Assembly: GCA_963741205.1 (NCBI GenBank)
Contig: CAVUHW010000013.1
Location: forward strand, 111,104-175,103
Direction of reading: 5' to 3'
DNA from: Nitrospirota bacterium
Lineage (GTDB): Bacteria > Nitrospirota > UBA9217
DNA length: 64,000 bases
In this document: positions 47,892 to 59,125 of the stretch, piece by piece
Layout of the letters: each line of letters begins with the position of its first letter
How positions within the stretch are numbered: position 1 is the first letter of the stretch
Made by a program: the position numbers and the translations under genes
The notes under the pieces: generated by a model
The model's database searches: none
What the model was told of the DNA's origin: nothing
Seen by the model: the letters and a program-made list of their open reading frames with translations, nothing else

Positions 47892-48535
47892 ACGTCAAGG
47901 CCCCATGGAAATACGTTCCGCCGCCGGGCCCGGTCCTCAGCCTCCTGCTGATCGGTTTGGTACTCTTGAGTTCTCTCCTCTATTACCGGTCGGTCAAGAT
48001 CCAGCGGTTTCTGGAGCCCGCCCTTGCCCTGTCCCAGCCCCGGAACGAGTTCACCAAGAACATCAAGCAAATCATCCAGAAAGAGTTCGGGGCGGGCAAG
48101 ATCGAGGGCCTCAATGTTAAGACGAGCTCGATTGTCATGGAAACGTCTCTGTTGTTTTCCCCCGACGGCCGCCTCAAGGCCTCGGCGCAGACCGATCTCC
48201 AGAAGCTTGCCCGTGTTTTTTTGGCGCTCATGAAGGATGACCACCTGAGGTCTGAGATCAGTCTCGTCCTGATCATCGGCCACTTTCCCGCATCCGGGGC
48301 AAGAGAGGCAAGCGTTGCGGAGAGGATGATGGTGGCGCGCATGGTCGCGTTCATACAGGACGCCCTGTTTAAGTTGGAGCCCGGTCTCGGAAAAGGATAC
48401 TCGACCTATTTTGCGGCCGCTGTCCGGCCGATGGATCCGCGCGAGGGAAACATAGGCGTCGTGGAGTTCCGCATCGTTCCGTCGGAATATCTGCACATCG
48501 AGGTGCTGGAGAAATTGGAGAAGTATTCCCGTTGA
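47888..48535 (+). CDS. Single-TM protein with a degenerate OmpA/MotB(ZorB)-like domain
   Basis: TM helix, SLLFSPDGRLK..LQKLARVF..EISLVLIIGH, terminal VEFRI; ATGA overlap with upstream gene. Confidence 0.6.
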   Translation: MNVKAPWKYVPPPGPVLSLLLIGLVLLSSLLYYRSVKIQRFLEPALALSQPRNEFTKNIKQIIQKEFGAGKIEGLNVKTSSIVMETSLLFSPDGRLKASAQTDLQKLARVFLALMKDDHLRSEISLVLIIGHFPASGAREASVAERMMVARMVAFIQDALFKLEPGLGKGYSTYFAAAVRPMDPREGNIGVVEFRIVPSEYLHIEVLEKLEKYSR

Positions 48536-48591
48536 GCGTCTCATACAGGTCAGCCGGCTTCACTGGAGAAGTAAGATAACCGCACCTAAGC

Positions 48592-48620
48592 TTGACAAGG
48601 GGGGGCGGATTTGTTAGAGT
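48592..48620 (+). promoter_or_regulatory. Sigma70-type promoter
   Basis: TTGACA-17 bp-TAGAGT. Confidence 0.55.
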
Positions 48621-48659
48621 TGCGAAACTATTCCAATGGGGAAAGGAGGTGAAATCAAA

Positions 48660-49010
48660 ATGAAGAAGATCCTTACGTTCATCATTGCTGTTGTGTTCGC
48701 CATGACGTTCGGCGTTGCTTTCGCGGAAGACAAGCCGGGCGGCGAGGTCCATAAGGCCGAGAAGACGGAGAAGACCGAGAAGGTCGAGAAGACTGAAAAG
48801 GCCGGTGAGACCCATACAAACGCCAAAGGCGAGAAGGCCGAAACGCACAAACACAAGCAAAAGGGCAAGAAGAAGAAGACCGAGGCAGAGACGGCTGGCC
48901 ATCCGGCTGCAACTCCGGCGACCCCGGCGACACCGGCGAAACCGGCAACCCCGGCAACTCCGGCAACCCCGGCGACTCCGGCAACTCCGGCAGCTCCGGC
49001 AGGGAAGTAG
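48660..49010 (+). CDS. Exported low-complexity protein with KxE and PAT repeats
   Basis: Strong RBS AAGGAGGTG, signal peptide ending AFA, (KTE)n and (PAT)n tracts. Confidence 0.85.
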   Translation: MKKILTFIIAVVFAMTFGVAFAEDKPGGEVHKAEKTEKTEKVEKTEKAGETHTNAKGEKAETHKHKQKGKKKKTEAETAGHPAATPATPATPAKPATPATPATPATPATPAAPAGK

Positions 49011-49070
49011 TCTCATACCGCAAATTTATTATCCGTCGCGGGAAAATGCATTCGTCACTGTAATGAGGTC

Positions 49071-49162
49071 CCGCCCCTTCAAGGGGCGGGGCTTTTTTTA
49101 TTGTATTTGGCAGCCTTTCTCTCTCAAGGCAAAAAAAGGGCGGCCCGAACGGCCGCCCCCGA
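49071..49162. terminator. Pair of terminators between convergent genes
   Basis: CCGCCCCTT-c-AAGGGGCGG followed by a T run (+); A run then GGGCGGCC..GGCCGCCC (-). Confidence 0.75.
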
Positions 49163-49176
49163 TTTGATACCAGCGT

Positions 49177-50589
49177 TTATTCTTCCTCGATTTCGATCTT
49201 GTTCGCGGCAAGGACGCCGCCGCTGAACGAACCCCGCGCCTTGACGATGGTCCTGTCCAGCACGATCGAGCCGAAGAGGTCGCCAGGCGAGGCTGCATGG
49301 TCTTCGATCTCCATTTGGCCTCCCTGCACGCCGGAGATCGTCACGGTGATCCCCGCGATAACGAGCTTCTCCGCGCCGGACGTTGAGTCAAAGGAGCTTA
49401 CCGGTCCCTGGAGGAGGATCTTGTCCGCATCGATAGGATGCTCTTGTCTCTTCACCCGGGTTGCCGTGATCGTGGACTTGTCCTGGCTCAGAAATCCGCG
49501 GATCTTCAGGCCGTCACCGGCCGCGATTCCCGCTATGTCACCGGACAGGTCGATCAGCCTGGTAGCGGAGGTAAGGGCCACGTTCAGGCCCAGGACGTCA
49601 GCTGAACCCGCTTTGTCGGCGTTCGCCTCGATCCGGATGGTGTCTTTGAACCTGATTTTATCGGCCAGCAGGACGCCGCCGGTTACATGGCCTTCCGCTT
49701 CAACCATCACGTTATTGCCGAGGTCCGTTGCGTCCCCGCCCCGGAACACGACGCTTCCCGCCAGATGCACCGGCTGGTCGCCGACCTTAAAGTCGCCGGC
49801 CGCGTCGGTAAATCCGCTGATGAACCCCTCGACCTCAAACTCCTGGCCTTCGGCTGGAATGAACGCCGCATCCTCAGCGCGCTCGACCACGATTCTGACG
49901 GCCGCTGTACCGTTCAGATGAACTTCGACGATGTCGCCGTTGCCGAACGTGGCGCCTGGAGGCTCGATCATGGTGTCGGCGGAGAACGTGATGGTCAGGC
50001 CGCCGATGTCAAAGGAAGTCGCCGTCATATTGCTCACGATGCCCCTCACTTCATCGGGCGCCAATTCCTTGGGGCCGAGCAGTTCGACGCGGGTGGCCAT
50101 GATGTTGCCGGCCTCATCCCGTATACCATGGACTTCGACCCGGTCGCCCGTCTTGAGGGCTGCCAGGTCCGCCACGTCAGCAAATGCGGTCATGCCGTTC
50201 ACCAGGATGGTCTGTCCGAGGACTGAAAACGAATCGGCGCCTACTGCCGTGATCTCGCCCCTCACCTCGGCGATGACCTTGATCATGTCTGCAACGCCGC
50301 TTAGCCCGTCGTCGTTGATCCGGCCCCTCAGTTTTACAATCATCCCGTTATCGAGAAAGCCGGGGTCTTTGGCTGTGTTATCGGCCGTGATGCTGGCTCC
50401 ACTGGTATCGAATGCGACGCCGTTCACTGTTACGCCGCTGTCCTTGAGTACTGCACCCATCATCGTAACAGGCGTTGCCGGCGTAGTGGCGGACGAGGAC
50501 ATCCCGCTGCCGCCGCAACTCGTAAGAACAAGGGCTGCGACTGCCAGTACGAGCAGTCCGCTCACCCTGAATGTGCTTTTGGTTTTCAT
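49177..50589 (-). CDS. DUF5666 repeat lipoprotein
   Basis: Lipobox LTSC; repeated VRGxI..F.V.G..V..T.F..GDxVEVxG..AxRI units. Confidence 0.85.
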   Translation of the reverse strand: MKTKSTFRVSGLLVLAVAALVLTSCGGSGMSSSATTPATPVTMMGAVLKDSGVTVNGVAFDTSGASITADNTAKDPGFLDNGMIVKLRGRINDDGLSGVADMIKVIAEVRGEITAVGADSFSVLGQTILVNGMTAFADVADLAALKTGDRVEVHGIRDEAGNIMATRVELLGPKELAPDEVRGIVSNMTATSFDIGGLTITFSADTMIEPPGATFGNGDIVEVHLNGTAAVRIVVERAEDAAFIPAEGQEFEVEGFISGFTDAAGDFKVGDQPVHLAGSVVFRGGDATDLGNNVMVEAEGHVTGGVLLADKIRFKDTIRIEANADKAGSADVLGLNVALTSATRLIDLSGDIAGIAAGDGLKIRGFLSQDKSTITATRVKRQEHPIDADKILLQGPVSSFDSTSGAEKLVIAGITVTISGVQGGQMEIEDHAASPGDLFGSIVLDRTIVKARGSFSGGVLAANKIEIEEE

Positions 50590-50818
50590 CTCGCTCACTT
50601 CCTTCCTCATCAAATTATTCCTTCTTGCTGTTTGACCATAAGACGGTTACACAGACCGGAAGGTTACAATCGAGGAAATTGCGAATACGACAAAAGGCGT
50701 ATTTTGCCCGGGCAAGATTGAAACAAAATTGACACTACAGAATTCCTATAAAAATCTCCTTTCTTGGCACCCGCCCGCTTTAGGTGCACACCGGAATATC
50801 GCGAAGAAAGAAAGGGCT

Positions 50819-50841
50819 CGCAAGCTGAAGCTTGCGGCTAC
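50819..50841 (-). repeat. GTAG-type REP-like palindrome
   Basis: Reverse complement GTAGCCGCAAGCTTCAGCTTGCG. Confidence 0.7.
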
Positions 50842-50890
50842 CTGATTGTATTGAGATTTTTGCAAGCCTCTCTTCGGAAAACCTTTTCCT

Positions 50891-52587
50891 TTAGTTCCGC
50901 TTCATCGGGAAATAGAGGCTGAATGTCGTACCGACCCCCACTCCGCTGTTGACACGAATGAACCCGCCATGATCCTCGATGACCTTTTTGGTGATGGAGA
51001 GACCCAAACCGGTCCCTTTCATCAACAATTTCGTAGTGAAAAAAGGTTCGAAAATCCTGTCGATGTTTTCCTCTGGTATCCCCTGGCCGTTGTCTTTTAT
51101 TTTCAGCGCTATGTAAGCCTGGTCTCCCACCTGCTCCTTTTCCGTACTGACGGTAAGGACCCCGCCCCGGGGCATCGCGTCGATCGCGTTGGACATCAGA
51201 TTTTCCAGGGCCTGAAGCACCTGTTCCTTGTTCGCAAGTACAGGAGGCGTCACTCCCGGGCGTCTCTCGATTTCGATCGATTTGTCCCTGCAGATGTCTT
51301 CATACATTGTGAGCGCGCTTTCTATCATATCGGAAAGGTTCAGTTCTTCGCGCTGGTGGGCGTCGCGCCGTGAGAACAGGAGGACATTCTGAAGGACGTT
51401 TTCCAACCTGATGGCCTCCGAGAAGATCAAGCTTGCATACTTCTTTTCTTTCGTCCCCTCAGGCAATTTATCCATGAGCCTGTTGGCGAACCCTCCGATC
51501 GCGGTAAGCGGGTTTTTATCGTATGCGATACATTTGCCGTGATCCGTCCGAGGGCCGCGAGTTTTTCGGTTTCGACGAGCTGCTCCCTGAGCCGTTCCTT
51601 TTCCGATTCCGCCTGGCGGCGCTCGATGAGACCGGCAAGTGAATTCGCTATCGCAGAGAGGAACTCCTCTTCTTCCGGAATGCGCTGGTGCTCGTCAGTC
51701 ACCGCCACATTGATCAATCCCAACGCGCGATTGGCGAACACGATAGGGGCGCAATACTGCCCTGCAGTCCCCCGAGACGGAATATTGGATTTCGTGGTGT
51801 TCGTCCAGGCAGTCGGAAGACATGATCTGGCACGCGGACGGGGGAAGAAGCGACGGACCTGTCCGCGCCTACGGGGACGGCGGCGCAGGTCGCGACCTGG
51901 GACACGGAGAAACCGTGCATTGCCCTGAGGACGAGCCTTTCCGGTTCGTGCTCGACAAGATAAATGCTGCCCCGCGTGCGCAGCGCAAAGCTCGGCAGGG
52001 TGACGATCAGGTCGAGGACGCGGCTGAGCTGTTCGTCGAGCGAAATGGGTTCCAGCGATATTTTCAGGACAGAACTGATGGCCTTTTGTATCTGGTAATT
52101 AAGCTCGATCTTGTGCTCGACGTGTTTGCGCTCCGTGATGTCCCTGATCGCCGCTATTGCCACGATCGCGCCTTCGGTCGTCAAGTAGCTTAGACTGATG
52201 TCGATCGGAAACTCCGTGCCGTCCTTTTTCAAACCGAACAAATCAAGCCCCGTCCCCATGGGACGCACGCGGGGGTTGGCCATGAACCCCGACGACATTT
52301 CTGCGATGGCGGGCGCGAAACCGCTCCGGCATCAGAATTTCGAGGTTTTTCCCCAGCAAGTCCTCTCTTGCGTACCCGAATAGCTCCACCAGTTGGGTGT
52401 TGATTTCCACGATCTTTCCCGCTCTGCCGGCTATAACCATCGCATCGGGAAGTGCATCAAGGAGCTTGCCGTACTGCCTTATCGAAAGTTGCAGCACATG
52501 TCCCGTGTTTGCCGGTGCTCCCTTCTCTTCATTCAGTTCTTCGGTCTTTGTCGTCACACAGCCCGGTAATGTGCATTGTTCTCTCAT
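50891..52587 (-). CDS. PAS-GAF sensor histidine kinase (several frameshifts)
   Basis: [59 protein letters not shown]. Confidence 0.88.
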
Positions 52588-52951
52588 ACGATTCTCCTTC
52601 CCGGGGTAATTATCATTCTAGTCATAATTTACCACCTTTTTTGTCCTGTTTCATCATGGCTTCTTCGCCGGCAGAGGCACGCCGTATGCATGTCCGCGAA
52701 ATGCGGGGAAGCCGGCCGGACAAAGGCGAAAAATAACCGGGAAAGGGCAGGAGGAGAAGGATCGGAAGAGCCAAAAGAATTAAGCAGGAGTGAAAAGACG
52801 GGATAAGGGAGGAGGAGATCTGAAAGGCCTGTCGCGAGGCGTTGATGACTCGGCAGTTGTCTGCGCCTCTCTTGCGCTAAAAAAACGGAGCCGGGAATAC
52901 ACCCGGCTCCGGTCATAGTTATCCGACTGTTATTATCAACAGCCCGAAGCG

Positions 52952-53425
52952 TTATTTGATTTGACCGCGGACTTCTCCGTTCGGATTTTTCTCCGTGTGG
53001 ATGTTGACATAGGCGCCCCCGTCCTTGATTATCTTGACGAGGTCCTTGACCGTCTTTCCGGCCAACGGGCCCTTCAGGTCCTTGTCCGTGATCATGCCTT
53101 TGGCAAGTTCGCCGCTGAACATTCCCTCTTTCTTCGGTCCCGCAAAGAGACCCGCGAGGGGCCCGCCATTTTCACCCTTCTTCCCTGCGTGGATGTGCGC
53201 AGCCGTGGCGTTTTCAATGTCCTTCACGGTCAGGGTGTAGGCGAGTTCCTTGCCGTCTTTGCTCAGCGTGAATGTCGCCTCGCCGGTAGCTTTCGTCTCA
53301 ACGGCCGGGACGATATCCTTGCCGCTTAACATGGCCTTATAACCGTGTTGAGAGGCCGCCATTCCCAGAGATGCGGTCAAAAAGATAGCGAATACACTGT
53401 ACAGAACTATTCTTCCGGTCTTCAT
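52952..53425 (-). CDS. Exported CHRD-domain protein
   Basis: LSG..VPAVETKATG, AAHIH, YVNIHTEKNPNGEVRGQI. Confidence 0.93.
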   Translation of the reverse strand: MKTGRIVLYSVFAIFLTASLGMAASQHGYKAMLSGKDIVPAVETKATGEATFTLSKDGKELAYTLTVKDIENATAAHIHAGKKGENGGPLAGLFAGPKKEGMFSGELAKGMITDKDLKGPLAGKTVKDLVKIIKDGGAYVNIHTEKNPNGEVRGQIK

Positions 53426-53647
53426 GTTTTACCCTCCTCGTTGTTTGGCACTCAAAGTAGAAGCCTATTTAAATACTATAGCGCGTGAGAAGGGCATGTC
53501 AAGTTGAGGGCCGCTTTTTTAGCTTGCCATTTTTCTAAATTTATACTACGGTATTAAGCACTTTAAGGATCCCCTTACCTTGGCTAATACTTTGATCCGC
53601 CTCGACACAGATCGAGGCTGATCATCATTTGAACGGAGGAGAAAAAA

Positions 53648-54212
53648 ATGAAAAAGCTTGCTGCAGTTGTACTGATACTTGTCCTGGCCGCGGTCCTCTG
53701 GCCGGGGAACGCATCGGCTGCGAATAGTTTGAAAGCAGGTACGGTTGGGCTCAATGTTGACGTCAATAATAATTTCTTCGGGATGAACGGCGACACCAAT
53801 AATAATTTCGTCATTACGGGCAAATATTTTATCGCAACGGACCTCGCCGTGCTGGCCGGCTTCGGCTTGGGTTTAAAGGGCGCCGATGCGCACGGCACCG
53901 ACGTCGGATTATCTGCGGGAATAAGAAAATACCTGAAGGTGGACGACTTCGCCCCCTTCGTCGGGGGTACCGTCTTTTACAGCACTACGCAGGATGGGGA
54001 CGCGGTAGACTTCAGCCTGCTGGGGGAATTCGGCGCTGAATATTTTCTGCACAAGCAGTTCAGCATTGAGGGAAAAGTCGGCTTCGGTTTCACATCGCAG
54101 GAAAGGACAACGACCACTACTATAGCCGGCGGTTTTCTGCAGAACAACCACGGAGAGGCGCAACACGTTCGGCACGGAGAGGCTCGGCATAAGCTTCAAT
54201 TTCTATTTCTAA
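53648..54212 (+). CDS. Small outer-membrane beta-barrel protein (frameshift near the C-terminus)
   Basis: Signal peptide, APFVGG, FGAEYF, corrected C-terminus ISFNFYF. Confidence 0.82.
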
Positions 54213-54246
54213 GTACTGTTGCCAAGACAGCCTGTTTTCAAGATGG

Positions 54247-54283
54247 AAATCCCCCGGTGTGCGTCTGCCGGGGGATTTTTTTT
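54247..54283 (+). terminator. Rho-independent terminator
   Basis: AAATCCCCCGG..CCGGGGGATTTTTTT. Confidence 0.8.
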
Positions 54284-54367
54284 CGGGCTCACTTGAGCAT
54301 ACAGAGGCGCTGAAGGGCGTGGGTGGCTGCCCCGCAACTGCACGACTCCCGGGCCTTGCCCGGCGCA

Positions 54368-55917
54368 TTACATCGGCATGTCCATGATGTCCCATACACC
54401 CATCATGCCGATGTCTTCATGTTCGATGATATGACAGTGGAACATGGTCATGCCCGGATAATCCATGACCGGGACGAGCATCCGGACGCTGCCCCCCTTC
54501 GGGACGATGACCACGTCCTTCCATGCCGGCGTCTTCGTCAGGAACGCGGCGTACGACGCGTCGCCTCCGGTGATCGAGAGCACCTGACAGGCGTTCACGT
54601 GCTGGTGGAAGGGGTGGTCCATGTTGCTCTGGTTTACGATCTCCCAAATCTCATACGTCCCAAGTTGCGAGTGAATGGAAAAATAATTTTCCATGGTGAA
54701 GGAAATGCCGTTGATGTAGCCCTTGCCCTGTCCCATGGACAAGACGATCCGCTCCGTCTTGGCGGGTGTTGCCGAGATTCGCCCGGCCGCCGGGTTGACG
54801 ATCGCGGGAATGGCGTCGTTCATCTTCGTGCCCTTGTACGCAAGGGTCATGAGCGTTACTTGCTGGCTGCTCATGTTGCCCTGACGGCTGTAGGGAAGCG
54901 ACGAGCAGCCGGTAGTTCTTCGATGTCTGGTTTGCCTTTACGAGGATGTCGAGCCGCTCGCCCGGCGAGAGAGCAGGATCGAAGTGACGGCATAGGGCTT
55001 GTCAATGAAGTCCGCCTTCGGTACCCGACAATGTACATCGTATGGCCTTCAAGGCTCAGTTTCAGGAACCGGGCGTTGCAGGCGTTCACGACCCTCCAGC
55101 GCTGGACCTGTCCAGGTTTTATGCTCAGCACCGGGTTCACCTGTCCGTTCACCATCACGGTATTGCCTTCCTTGCCGTGCATGTAATCCATTTGCGAGGT
55201 GTAGGGCTCGGGTGCTGACCCGCTCAGGGTGATGTCCTTGATGACCATAAGGTGCGTCTCGAAGGAGGACAGCGTGCTGATGTCGTCCTCCACGACGAGC
55301 GCGCCTGCCATGCCGCCCCAATACTGCTCGGCCACAGTGCCGTGGCTGTGGGGATGGTAGAAGTTGAGAGTGCCGGGATACATCTTGGACAGGTCGTACT
55401 CATAATCAAAGGTGTCTCCGGACATTAGCATGAGCATGGCGTTGTCCGATTTTCCCGAAGGCGATACGTGCAACCCGTGTGTGTGCAGGTTCGTCATCTG
55501 GCGTTCGTGTCCCAGGATGTTCTTTCCCATCATGTCAAGCGAGTTCTTGAAATGGACCTTCAGGATATCTCCCTTCTTCACGCGGATAGTGGGTGCGGGG
55601 TAGGCGCCGTTATAGGTGAGGAGATTCGCCAGCGTACCATTGACGTTCACCCACGACGGTTTCGCCTCCAAGTCCACCTCGACGATGCCGGGAATAGTGC
55701 TGAAGTTGTGCATCTCCACAGGGTCGGCGAATGCGTGCCCGGCGGTGGATCGATGACGCTTGTCCCGCCGCCCATGCCTCCGCCTCCCCCACACCATCCC
55801 GCCACTACCTCCGCCCATCATCTGGGCGAGGGATGGGGCGGCAGCAAGTCCGATTGTTGCGCCTGCCAGGCCGAGGGAGGCGGTTTTCAGAAACTCTCTC
55901 CGGGTAAGCTTTTTCAT
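54368..55917 (-). CDS. Tat-exported multicopper oxidase (frameshifted)
   Basis: TRREFLK, NLHTHG, YHPHSH, HPFHQH, HCHIIEHEDIGMM. Confidence 0.95.
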
Positions 55918-56007
55918 GGTTGTGTCTCCTCATGGAAATATCCGGAAAAAGAAAGGGGGCTGCGGCCCCTCGATCGTCTGCGATTTTACATGATGTTGGC
56001 GTTGCCG

Positions 56008-56368
56008 CTATGGCTTGCACCCGCCGCCGACGCAGTAGGGCCGCATCATCTCGTTGTCTTCATGCGAGAGGATGTGGCAGTGCCATACGAAAAGGCCGGG
56101 GATGTCGAAGTGCGCCTTGACTCTGGTCACCTTGCTCGGGTACACGAGGACCGTGTCCTTGGTCCGGTTTCCCCTGCCTCGGGGCCAGTGATTGTGGTCT
56201 GGCCCCAAGCGTCGCAGTCCCGGTGGTCTCATCAATAATGATGTCCTGCCGGTTGATCACCTCGAACTGCACCTGGTGGATGTGGATCGGATGGGCATCT
56301 TCCGTGAAGTCGTAGATCTCCCATATCTCTGTGCTGTTGTTATCGACGTTCTCCGTAATAGGCTCCAT
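56008..56368 (-). CDS. C-terminal fragment of a second multicopper oxidase (CotA/bilirubin oxidase-like), cut at the junction
   Basis: HPIHIHQVQF, KDTV, VWHCHILSHEDNEMMRP. Confidence 0.9.
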
Positions 56369-56369
56369 T

Positions 56370-57752
56370 ACGGCTGTTCATCGGCGAGGAAGGCTACGAG
56401 CGGCAGGACAGCTCGACCGCGATCGTGGAGGGGCGGCTCTGGGACGTGGACGGCCAGTCGCGCTACGGCGACTCGCACCTCCGCAGCCTGTTCGGCGACG
56501 CGGCGCAGAGCCTGGCGCGCTCGGATGCCGTGGTGCACGCGGTCGACGTGACCGGCTTTGGCGAAGACGAGATGATCTCGCGCGCGACGCCCAAGACCGA
56601 CCCCGGCTCCGGGGCCACCATGAGCGTGCGAGAGTCGGTGTCCGGCCGCGAGTCGCTCAACTTCATCTCCGCGGAGACCGGCGGCCGCTTCTACAAGGAC
56701 GCGAACGACCTCAAGCCCGTGCTCGACGAGATGCTGGAGATGACCAGCCGCGACTACGTGCTCGGTTTCCAGCCCAGGGACGAGAAGGGGCCGGGCACGT
56801 TTCACAAGGTCAAGGTCCGGCTCGCGCGCAAGGGCGTCAAGCTGTCGCACCGCCCCGGCTACTTCGAGCGCGAGACAGGCCCCGGCGTGCCCATGCTCCA
56901 GCGCAAGTTCGACGCGGCGCAGCTCGTCGTCACGGGCCTGGGCCAGAACGACCTCGCCTTCGACGCCCTGTGCCTGCCGTTCCCGCGTCCCGGGGGGCGC
57001 CAGGCGCTGAGCGTCGTGCTGCAGGTCCCGAAGGCCTCGCTGGCCTGGCAGGCCGGGAAGGAGCTGGCGGTCGAGGTCTACGGCTACGTCGTGGACGAGA
57101 AGGACTCCGTGGTGGACCACCTGGCCCAGCTCGCTCGATCGATCCCGCCAGGGTGGATCCCGAGGCCAGCCGTGAGGGGCTGTCGTTCCAGGGCACGTTC
57201 AACGTGCCCCCCGGTCGCTACACGATCCGGCTGCTGCTGCACGACCGCAATAGCGGGGCCCCGGCGTGAAGTTCCTGGACGTGACGTGCCGCCCTACGAC
57301 GCGAACATCGCGTTCGTCCTGCCGCCGGTCGTGGCCGACGACCCGGACCGCTGGATCGCCCTCGACATGGGAGCGGGCAAGGCCGAGGCGAGCCGGCAGC
57401 CCCTTCCGTTCGAGATCGACGGCAAGCCGTTCCTGCCCCGGGCCAGCTTCGCGTACGGCCCGGCGAGCCGGAGCGGCTCGTGCTGATGTCGTTCGAGCCG
57501 CGCATCCTCGGCGATCCGGCCGCCGACGTGGAGATCCGCTCGTCGCTCACGGGCAAGGACGGCCGTGTCGAGCCGCCCGGGCGGCTGCGCGTCGAGCGCG
57601 TGCAGAGGGACGCCCTGGGCCGGCGGACCTACGTCTTCTCGTACACGCCCGATTCGCTCGAGGCGGGCGACTACACGCTGCGGATCGGCCTGGGCGAGAG
57701 CGGCGCGCTCGCCCAGTCCTACGCGCTGCTCCGCGTGCGCACCGGCTCCTGA
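56370..57752 (+). CDS. C-terminal part of a VWA-domain protein of the acidobacterial type (frameshifted, 5'-truncated)
   Basis: VVHAVDV.G, SLNFISAETGGRF, YVLGFQP, FHKVKVRL..HRPGY. Confidence 0.8.
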
Positions 57753-57790
57753 GCCAGGCTGTCATCCTGAGCCAACCTCTATAATGAAGT

Positions 57791-58215
57791 GTGTCTGTGT
57801 CTGTCGCCGACCTCGAGGCTCGCCTGCATCGTTCCTCGAGGCTGACCCGCGGGGCGCCATCGCGGTCTATCTCTTCGGCAGCGTCGCACGCGGTGAAGCA
57901 CGGGCCGGAAGCGACATCGACCTGGGCGTCCTGTTGGGCCGCCGCCGGCGAAGCTCGACGCGCCGCAGTTCGCACTGGAGGCGGGACTGGAGCGGCTGCT
58001 GCGCGTGCCCGTCAGGTGGTCGTCCTAACCGCGCTCGGCCGACCTCGTGCACAGGGTCCTGCGTGACGGGCGCCTGCTGCTCGACCGTGACCGCGCCGCC
58101 CGCATCCGTTTCGAGGTGCAGTCGCGCAACGAGTACTTCGACATGGCGCCGATCCGGGCGCGCTACCGTCGCTACCCGGCACCCACCCGGCCCGGGATCG
58201 ACCGCGTGGCGGAGC
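57791..58215 (+). CDS. Minimal nucleotidyltransferase antitoxin (MntA-like), frameshifted; end approximate
   Basis: VYLFGSVARGEARAGSDIDLGV (GSx10DxD), VLRDGRLL, FEV..RNEYFD. Confidence 0.85.
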
Positions 58216-58222
58216 CTCGCGG

Positions 58223-58623
58223 GTGACCGACTCCAGCTCGTCGCCAAGAAGCTGGCGTTCGTCGAAACCTGTGTTCAGCAGCTTCGCACCCTGGCCCGTC
58301 CGGAGCTGCTGGGGAGGATGTCCGCGAGCAGCGCTTCGTCGAGCACACGCTCCAGCTCGCGATTCAGGCGGCGGTCGACGTGGCCTCGCACCTCGTGTCC
58401 GACGAGCGCCTGGGGGAACCCGAAACGACCGCGAGGTGTTCCGGCTGCTGGAACGAGCCGGCATCGTTGCAGCGGATCTCGGCGGGCGTCTGGAACAGAT
58501 GGCGGGCTTCGGAACGTGGTTGTTCACCTCTATCAGGAAGTGGACCTCGGGATCGTCAGGACGCGGGAGAACCGCCTTGACGATCTCCTCGAGTTCGTGG
58601 CCGACATCCGCCGGCGCCTTTGA
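58223..58623 (+). CDS. HepT/DUF86 HEPN toxin, frameshifted
   Basis: EHTLQLAIQAAVDVASH, RNVVVHLY (Rx4HxY). Confidence 0.85.
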
Positions 58624-58728
58624 GTTGCTGGTCGCCACGAGCCATTCGATCGACATCCAGAGCAATGGGCCTGCGGCCGGTCTTGGGGGGGAATGGCGGT
58701 GTCGGTGGGGAGTAGGGGCTGGCGGCGC

Positions 58729-59125
58729 TCAGCCGTAGCTGACGAGCTTGAGCCGCGGAACGCGCGACAGGTGCCGCGAGTTACGGCTCACGACCGGGAT
58801 CGCGTACGCGATGCCCGCCGCGGCGATCCAGAGATCGTTGGCGCCGATCAGCAGGCCATTCGCCTGGAGGCAGCGGAAGGCGTTTCCGTACTCCCAGCAC
58901 ACGTCGCGGCTCAAGGCCAGCACGTGAAAGGGAGCCACGAACGTCTCCCAGCGTCCGCGCTCGGCCATGGAGGCGCCCGCCGCCAGCTCGCCGGCGATCG
59001 TGGGAGCGATGTACAGCCTGTCACCAGCGTGGCGCATGAGCACGTCGTGCGCCGCACCCTTGGCTGCCGCGTCTCGCGTCGCGCTCCAGGTCGATCAGGA
59101 ACGTGGTCTCGAGGATCAGCGCTCC
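58729..59125 (-). CDS. vapC: VapC PIN-domain toxin (start approximate)
   Basis: ILETTFLID, GEL, IGANDLWIAA, VSRN.RH. Confidence 0.85.

Noticed and set aside
47888-48535. Complete Zorya or MotAB system
   Set aside because: There is no ZorA/MotA partner, no TM Asp and no canonical peptidoglycan-binding residues; only a fold-level resemblance.
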